A stretch of DNA of 53,828 nucleotides, taken from the NCBI GenBank assembly GCA_049975365.1, contig JBNGDS010000006.1:3199-57026 (forward strand), read 5' to 3'. Both the position numbers and the translations under genes were made by a program. Positions 48,397-53,828 of this stretch are shown here, piece after piece (within the stretch, counting starts at the first letter, position 1; the number at the start of each line of letters is the position of its first letter). The notes beneath the pieces were generated by a model. The model ran no database searches. It saw nothing but the letters and a program-made list of their open reading frames with translations, and was not told the DNA's origin. Origin of the DNA: Desulfomonilia bacterium (lineage in GTDB: Bacteria > Desulfobacterota > Desulfomonilia > UBA1062).

Positions 48397-49287
48397 TCAG
48401 CCCCTGAGTTCAGGGGAATCCGTTCCCCAGAGGGCCTCGTGGATTTTCAGTGTTGCACGGGCGTTGTTGAGCGTGTAGAAATGCACTCCCCGTGCGTTAT
48501 TGTCGATGAGGTCTCTCACCTGCCGGGTTGCCCAGTCGATTCCTATCTGCTCTATGCAGTCAGGGTCCTCTGTCCCGCAGACAGATCTCAACAGTCCTGC
48601 GGGGAAGCGGGCACCTGCAGCAAGTTCGGACATGCGGATCATACCGCTCTTTGAGATGATCGGCATGATGCCCGCGATGATCGGCACGTGGATACCCGAG
48701 AGTTCGCACCGTTCACAGAAATCATAGAAGTCACGGTTGTCGAAGAAGAGCTGGGTAATGATGTAATCCGCCCCTGCATCAACCTTGGCTTTGAGAAAGT
48801 CGATTTCCCGCAGCCTGTTGGGGGTTTCCGGATGGCCTTCAGGAAATCCCGCCACACCGACGCAGAGATCGGGAAAGTGCTTTTTGATGAAGGTTACGAG
48901 GTCGATGGCATGGGCGAAACCGTCTTCTGCAGGGACCCATCCGGTCTGCCCGGCGGGAGGATCTCCACGCAGAGCAAGGATGTTTTCTATTCCGTGTTCG
49001 TGGTATCTCTCGAGAATCTTCAGAATGTCGTCCCTACTGGAACACACGCAGGTGAGGTGGGATACGACCGTGAGCTCTGTCTCCTGATTGATCCTGACAA
49101 CCAGGTTGTGGGTGTTTTCCCTGGTGGAGCCGCCTGCGCCATAGGTTACACTCACCCAGGACGGCTGCAGCGGCATGAGGTCAGAAATCGTGTGAAAGAG
49201 CTGATCCCATGCCTTCTCAGATTTCGGGGGGAAGAACTCGAAACTGAACGTCATTGGTGTGGACGAGAAGATCTCACGTACCTGCAT
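48397..49287 (-). CDS. metF: 5,10-methylenetetrahydrofolate reductase
   Basis: SFEFFPPK, SVTYGAGG, HLTC, ALRGDPP, ITQLFFD, GIMPI, HFYTLN. Confidence 0.96.
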   Translation of the reverse strand: MQVREIFSSTPMTFSFEFFPPKSEKAWDQLFHTISDLMPLQPSWVSVTYGAGGSTRENTHNLVVRINQETELTVVSHLTCVCSSRDDILKILERYHEHGIENILALRGDPPAGQTGWVPAEDGFAHAIDLVTFIKKHFPDLCVGVAGFPEGHPETPNRLREIDFLKAKVDAGADYIITQLFFDNRDFYDFCERCELSGIHVPIIAGIMPIISKSGMIRMSELAAGARFPAGLLRSVCGTEDPDCIEQIGIDWATRQVRDLIDNNARGVHFYTLNNARATLKIHEALWGTDSPELRG

Positions 49288-49354
49288 TGTTCACCGTTCC
49301 GGATATTCTCAGTGATTCTGATTGTTCCTTCATGATATGCACAACGATCGGCCC

Positions 49355-49383
49355 ATAGTGCAGGAAACTCAACCGCTTGTCAA
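49355..49383 (-). promoter_or_regulatory. candidate sigma70 promoter for metF
   Basis: TTGACA-N17-CACTAT on the minus strand. Confidence 0.45.
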
Positions 49384-49601
49384 TGCAGTCCGTGCTCCAT
49401 CCAAAACTTGAATGTAACAGGTCAAACCCTTCGAAGGGATCAGTGATGGTGCTGACATCACGAGGTCCTCCTGAGCGAGCCGGGAGAGAAACGTGTCTTT
49501 GCTTTTCCTTGAGCGACATCGACCACCACCACGCACCACATGGGTGGACGGGGGAATTCCCGAGGATGCACACGAGCGTCTGTTCTCCAGAGTGGTCGAT
49601 T

Positions 49602-49952
49602 TCAGATACATTTTTCGATGATCTGTGCATACTTCTCAGGGAGCTCAAACGACCTGCCAATGCAATAGTCCCGGGCCACCTGTTCGATCCACTCCCTGGA
49701 TGCACGAAGGTTGCCGATGGTGATTGCTGTCTTTCCCCCATCCCTCGTGATGGCGTAAGCCTCGAGATAGAGAGTGATGGGAGTATCTTCACCGTTCAGG
49801 AGCACCGTAAGCTCAAGGGTCTTTCGAGCCGAATCCAGGTGAAGATCGAGCAGTCTTCCGAACCGCTCAAGATGATTTCTGGCAATGATCTTCAGTGAAG
49901 CGGAGATGGCCAGATCTTTTCCGCGACTAAGCATGGTCTTCATTGATCCCAT
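49602..49952 (-). CDS. hypothetical protein
   Basis: Protein-like C-terminal 116 aa of ORF 49602-50312; start 49952 or 49943, right after the upstream gene. Confidence 0.7.
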   Translation of the reverse strand: MGSMKTMLSRGKDLAISASLKIIARNHLERFGRLLDLHLDSARKTLELTVLLNGEDTPITLYLEAYAITRDGGKTAITIGNLRASREWIEQVARDYCIGRSFELPEKYAQIIEKCI

Positions 49953-49969
49953 GTGAAGCGATCGGTTTT

Positions 49970-50509
49970 CTACGGGGAAGAGGCCTGTTTTGCAGCCATG
50001 AGGAGAACGAGATACAGAGGGGCGAACAATTCGATGTACTCGTTCTCCCCTTCGGTGAGGATGTACTGCATGGTCGTAGAGTGTACGGTCGTCAGCCACT
50101 GTTCCAGAGGGGTATTCCCCCTGGCATCCTCGATGATCTCGCTCAACAGGTACATTCCATCTCTCAAGATCCGGCTGCGCTGCTGTTCCGAATAGGAGCT
50201 GAACAGGACAGAACCTGCAGAGTCCATGAGAACATCTCCTTGGATGTCGATCCCTTCCTCTTTCAGCGAGGAGATCATGGGAACCGTACAGGCAGCCATG
50301 AAGCACGCGCACACCGCCGATTTCTCGGGAGAGCTGTGGTCAGGATGCGGGATATGGTCCGTTCCGTCCATGGCGTGGTCCATGATGGTCGTCAGGACCG
50401 TCACCAGGGATTGCATCACCTCGGAACCTGAGATGTCCCGGGAAGGTGTCTGGATGCTCTCAGCCAGTTTCGTGAGGTGCTCACTGAAGTGAACGTGTGA
50501 GGATTCCAT
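49970..50509 (-). CDS. hypothetical protein (helical)
   Basis: 179-aa ORF co-directional with neighbours; fills the gap after galE. Confidence 0.65.
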   Translation of the reverse strand: MESSHVHFSEHLTKLAESIQTPSRDISGSEVMQSLVTVLTTIMDHAMDGTDHIPHPDHSSPEKSAVCACFMAACTVPMISSLKEEGIDIQGDVLMDSAGSVLFSSYSEQQRSRILRDGMYLLSEIIEDARGNTPLEQWLTTVHSTTMQYILTEGENEYIELFAPLYLVLLMAAKQASSP

Positions 50510-50583
50510 GTCTATCAGATACCTGCTTCATTCATCCCGGAAACCCGGCCTGCTTTTCTCCCCTGATCCATTGGCCGTGCAGA

Positions 50584-51615
50584 TTACGCATACCCGCTCG
50601 GATTTGACGCCTGCCATCGCCAGGCGTCTTCACACATCTCTTCGATTCCCTTTCTGGTTTTCCAGCCCAGCTCTTTCTCGGCCTTTGACGGGTCTGCATA
50701 ACAGACCGCGATATCTCCAGGACGCCTGCCAACGACTGTATAGGGGATCGTCCTCTTCGATGCCCGTTCAAACGCCGCGATCATCTCGAGGACACTGTAT
50801 CCCCTTCCGGTTCCCAGGTTGTACGTAACAACACCTGAACCAGAGAAGAGTTTTTCCAGTGCATGGATATGACCGACAGCGAGGTCAACCACGTGGATGT
50901 AATCCCGGATCCCTGTCCCATCGGGGGTGGGATAGTCGTCGCCGAATATCCTGAGCTCAGGGAGATGGCCGATGGTCACCTGGGCCATGAAGGGCATGAG
51001 GTTGTTCGGGATGCCATTCGGGTCCTCCCCGATCCTCCCGCTCTCGTGTGCGCCCACCGGGTTGAAATATCTCAGCAGGGCAACGTTCCAGAGGGGGTCC
51101 GAGGAGTGGAGGTCTCTCAGAATCTCCTCGATCATCAGTTTGGAACGCCCGTAGGGATTTGCCGGGGCCACGGGAAAATCCTCTCGGATCGGGACGGTCT
51201 CCGGTTCTCCATACACGGTTGCAGAAGAACTGAACACGATGTTTCTCACCCCGTGTTTCTGCATGACTTCGCAGAGAATGAGGGTCCCGGTGATGTTGTT
51301 CAGGTAGTATCTCAAGGGGATTGCTACTGATTCCCCCACAGCCTTGAGTCCTGCGAAGTGAATCACGGCATCTATCCTGTGGGCCTGGAACACTGCGTCT
51401 ATGGCATCCCTGTCCAGGAGATCCGATCTTGAGAATATCAGGGACCTGCCCGTTATGTCCTGAACACGGTTGAGGGATTCCTCCTTGGAGTTGGAGAGGT
51501 TGTCCACCACGATGACATCATAGCCGGCCTTCAGGAGTTCAACACACGTGTGACTCCCGATGTAGCCGGCTCCTCCGGTTACCAGAATCTGCATCCGTGT
51601 GAGAGGTTTCTTCAT
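50584..51615 (-). CDS. galE: UDP-glucose 4-epimerase
   Basis: [44 protein letters not shown]. Confidence 0.97.
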   Translation of the reverse strand: MKKPLTRMQILVTGGAGYIGSHTCVELLKAGYDVIVVDNLSNSKEESLNRVQDITGRSLIFSRSDLLDRDAIDAVFQAHRIDAVIHFAGLKAVGESVAIPLRYYLNNITGTLILCEVMQKHGVRNIVFSSSATVYGEPETVPIREDFPVAPANPYGRSKLMIEEILRDLHSSDPLWNVALLRYFNPVGAHESGRIGEDPNGIPNNLMPFMAQVTIGHLPELRIFGDDYPTPDGTGIRDYIHVVDLAVGHIHALEKLFSGSGVVTYNLGTGRGYSVLEMIAAFERASKRTIPYTVVGRRPGDIAVCYADPSKAEKELGWKTRKGIEEMCEDAWRWQASNPSGYA

Positions 51616-51698
51616 GGATTCCCTATACCTTATACATTGCCTGGGAGACCACAGTGAATTTCAGAATCCCCGGCACGGTGAAAAAGGGAGCGGACTCG

Positions 51699-51929
51699 CT
51701 ACTCAAGCCTGCGTATCCCCCTGAACCGATTGGAAGCATCATACTCGATCTCAAAGGTGCCCTGTATACCGTCGGCATCCACGAACCCTCTCAGGATCGA
51801 AGCAGGAAATCTCACTGTCTTGCCGTCGTGAGCCTTCACGATGACATCCCGCTTTGATCCACGATAGTAGTCGAGGAAGAGATCAGCGGTGATTCTCAGG
51901 GAGAAGCGGGTGAAACGTGATTCATCCAT
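51699..51929 (-). CDS. DUF2835 family protein
   Basis: YYRG..VIVKAHDGKTVRFPA..LRGFV..DGIQGTF pattern; 76 aa. Confidence 0.8.
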   Translation of the reverse strand: MDESRFTRFSLRITADLFLDYYRGSKRDVIVKAHDGKTVRFPASILRGFVDADGIQGTFEIEYDASNRFRGIRRLE

Positions 51930-51946
51930 TGTTCAGGCAGCGCCTG

Positions 51947-53828
51947 TTACCAGGTGGAGAGGAGGTGGTCAGGGGACGTGTTCGAGCCAAGGTCGACAAG
52001 ATCGAGGATGATATGCGCTCCTTCAATGAGGACAGGATCCTCATTGGAGGGCGTGTCACGCTCGGCGTCCTGGTCTTCTCCCTCTTCATCGATCTTCTGG
52101 ATCGGGGGGAGTCCCTTTGCTGCTCGGCGTGTGTTCTCCAATGCGAGCCGGGCCTTCTGAGATTCCAGCTTTTCCTGTTTTCTCTGGGTTAGGTTCAGGG
52201 AGAGCGTTGTTCTATTTCTCAGTTGATCCAGGTATTCACGCATGTCCTTGATATATTTGAAATCAGGATCATTGCTGATTCGCTGTTCATGGAGTTCCCT
52301 GAGCCGTTTCTCCACGGGCTCAGGGGAGACGTATTCCTGATAGGGGACCGGGTCTATTCTGTCCCAGGGCAGTGCGTGTTCCAGGCTGCTTTCGCCTATG
52401 GTTTCCTTGTCGTACAGACTCGGGTAGGAGAGGTCGGGAACAATTCCCCTGTGCTGGGTGCTCTCTCCGGATATTCGGTAGAACTTGGCGGTCGTGATCT
52501 TCATCTGTCCCCGGCTCAGGGAGATGAGCGACTGGACAGTGCCCTTGCCGAAGCTGTTCTCCCCGATGATGATGCCCCTGTGATAGTCCTGGATCGCCCC
52601 CGCGAAAATCTCCGAGGCCGAGGCACTCATCCTGTTGATGATGACTGCCAGAGGCCCGGTATAGAAAATCCGCGGGTCACGGTCGTAGAGGACATCGACC
52701 TCGCCGTGGGTATATTTGATCTGGACTGTCGGTCCTCTCCTGATGAACAGTCCCGTCAGGGATGTCGCCTCCTGGAGAGATCCTCCGCCGTTTTCCCGCA
52801 GGTCGATGATGAGGCCGGAGATATCTTCGGAGGCAAGCTCACCCAAAATGGCCTGCACGTCTCTGGTGGTGCTCTTGAAATCGGTGTCGCCCGACTGGAG
52901 CGCCCTGATATCGAGATAAAAGGTGGGGATCTTCACGACCCCGATCCTGAAGGTTTGCCCCCCGCGTTCTAGAGTGAGGACGTCTTTCTTCGCAGCCTGT
53001 TCTTCGAGCGTCACTGTGTTCCGGGTGAGGTGTATGATCTGGGAGTCATGCTCGTCCGTCCCGTCAGCCGGGATGATGCGAAGCCGCACGATTGTCTCCT
53101 TTGGTCCCCTGATGAGATCGACGACGTCATCCAGCCGCCATCCAATCACGTCCACGATCTCTCCCTGCAATCCCTGTCCCACACCGATGATCCGGTCGTT
53201 GGGTTTGAGCTGGCCGCTCTTGTCGGCGGGACCTGAGGGGATGAGCCTGACGATCTTGGTATATTCGTTCTCGGAGGTGAGCATCGCGCCGATCCCTTCG
53301 AGGGACAGGCTCATGTTGATGTTGAAATTCTCCGAGGATCTCGGTGAGAAGTACTGAGTGTGAGGATCGTAGACCTGCGAGAGGGCATTCATGTAGCTCT
53401 GAAACACGTCTTCGCTTGTCATCTGCTCCAGCCTGTGAATCTGGGACTGAAACCGTTTGAGCAGGGTGTCCTCGATTTCGCCGAAGTCCTTCTCTGCGAG
53501 TCTGAGGCTCAGCACTTCGCTCTTGAGCACCATCATCCACAGTTCTTCGAGTTCTCTCTTCGATGATGGCCAGGGGGCATCTTCCCGATCGATCTGCATG
53601 GTCTCTTCTGAGTCGAGGGACATGCCGGACAGTCCCTGCTCGATTCGTGCAATGAGGAAAGAAAGCCTTTCGGATGCCCTGGAGAGATAGCGGTTGTAGA
53701 TGGCATAGGCCGGCAAGAGATCCCCCCTCAGGAGCGTGTCGTCGAGCATCGTGCGGTAGTGTTCGAATTCCGCGATGTCTGAAGCAAGAAAGTGCATGCG
53801 AGCGGGGTCGAGCTTTGAGAGATACGTG
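51947..53828 (-). CDS. prc: carboxy-terminal processing protease (S41A, Prc/Tsp type); 5' end outside the window
   Basis: YDPHT, LEGIGA (PDZ), DLRENGGG, SASASEI (Ser), FGKGTVQ (Lys), LPWD; the frame stays open to the window end. Confidence 0.94.
   Translation of the reverse strand, partial: TYLSKLDPARMHFLASDIAEFEHYRTMLDDTLLRGDLLPAYAIYNRYLSRASERLSFLIARIEQGLSGMSLDSEETMQIDREDAPWPSSKRELEELWMMVLKSEVLSLRLAEKDFGEIEDTLLKRFQSQIHRLEQMTSEDVFQSYMNALSQVYDPHTQYFSPRSSENFNINMSLSLEGIGAMLTSENEYTKIVRLIPSGPADKSGQLKPNDRIIGVGQGLQGEIVDVIGWRLDDVVDLIRGPKETIVRLRIIPADGTDEHDSQIIHLTRNTVTLEEQAAKKDVLTLERGGQTFRIGVVKIPTFYLDIRALQSGDTDFKSTTRDVQAILGELASEDISGLIIDLRENGGGSLQEATSLTGLFIRRGPTVQIKYTHGEVDVLYDRDPRIFYTGPLAVIINRMSASASEIFAGAIQDYHRGIIIGENSFGKGTVQSLISLSRGQMKITTAKFYRISGESTQHRGIVPDLSYPSLYDKETIGESSLEHALPWDRIDPVPYQEYVSPEPVEKRLRELHEQRISNDPDFKYIKDMREYLDQLRNRTTLSLNLTQRKQEKLESQKARLALENTRRAAKGLPPIQKIDEEGEDQDAERDTPSNEDPVLIEGAHIILDLVDLGSNTSPDHLLSTW

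Noticed and set aside
49583-49592. CTCTGGAGA resembling a glycine riboswitch 5' end
   Set aside because: No CCGAAG or CUCAGG core at the proper spacing
1-53828. tRNA, rRNA, CRISPR, transposase, integrase, prophage or defence genes
   Set aside because: None seen by eye; GGTTCGA hits fall inside coding regions without a cloverleaf

Overview
A gene-dense, moderately GC-rich bacterial chromosomal segment with about 47 CDS. The fatty-acyl ABC/CoA-ligase operon, multi-PAS hybrid kinase and RFGVS-type NikR suggest an anaerobic deltaproteobacterium (Desulfobacterota-like); this is inference. Contents in order: a frameshifted NifS-like PLP enzyme lacking the catalytic Cys (partial); recC-recB-recD; a 35-aa membrane peptide; a 7-PAS hybrid histidine kinase; a minus-strand operon livM-livH-hypothetical-3x substrate-binding protein-livG-livF-long-chain acyl-CoA ligase; a clostripain-family lipoprotein; LysE; nnr; a short HDAC-family protein; PPi-type PFK; nikR; xni; a TRL-like lipoprotein; MFS; cyclophilin; NUDIX; DMT; crotonase; beta-hydroxyacid dehydrogenase; MBL hydrolase; MDH; darP/yjgA; ygiQ; alpha/beta hydrolase; aminotransferase; AI-2E transporter; chalcone-isomerase-fold protein; Smr; metF; two hypotheticals; galE; DUF2835; prc (partial). 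I saw no tRNA, rRNA, CRISPR array or mobile element. The most interesting unexplained signal is a candidate ~65-nt small RNA at about 27200-27264 (minus strand). It lies between a sigma28-like promoter and a strong intrinsic terminator, and its single-stranded part is perfectly complementary over 12 nt to the start codon region of the first substrate-binding-protein gene of the ABC operon. All assignments were made by eye from motifs; no searches were run.
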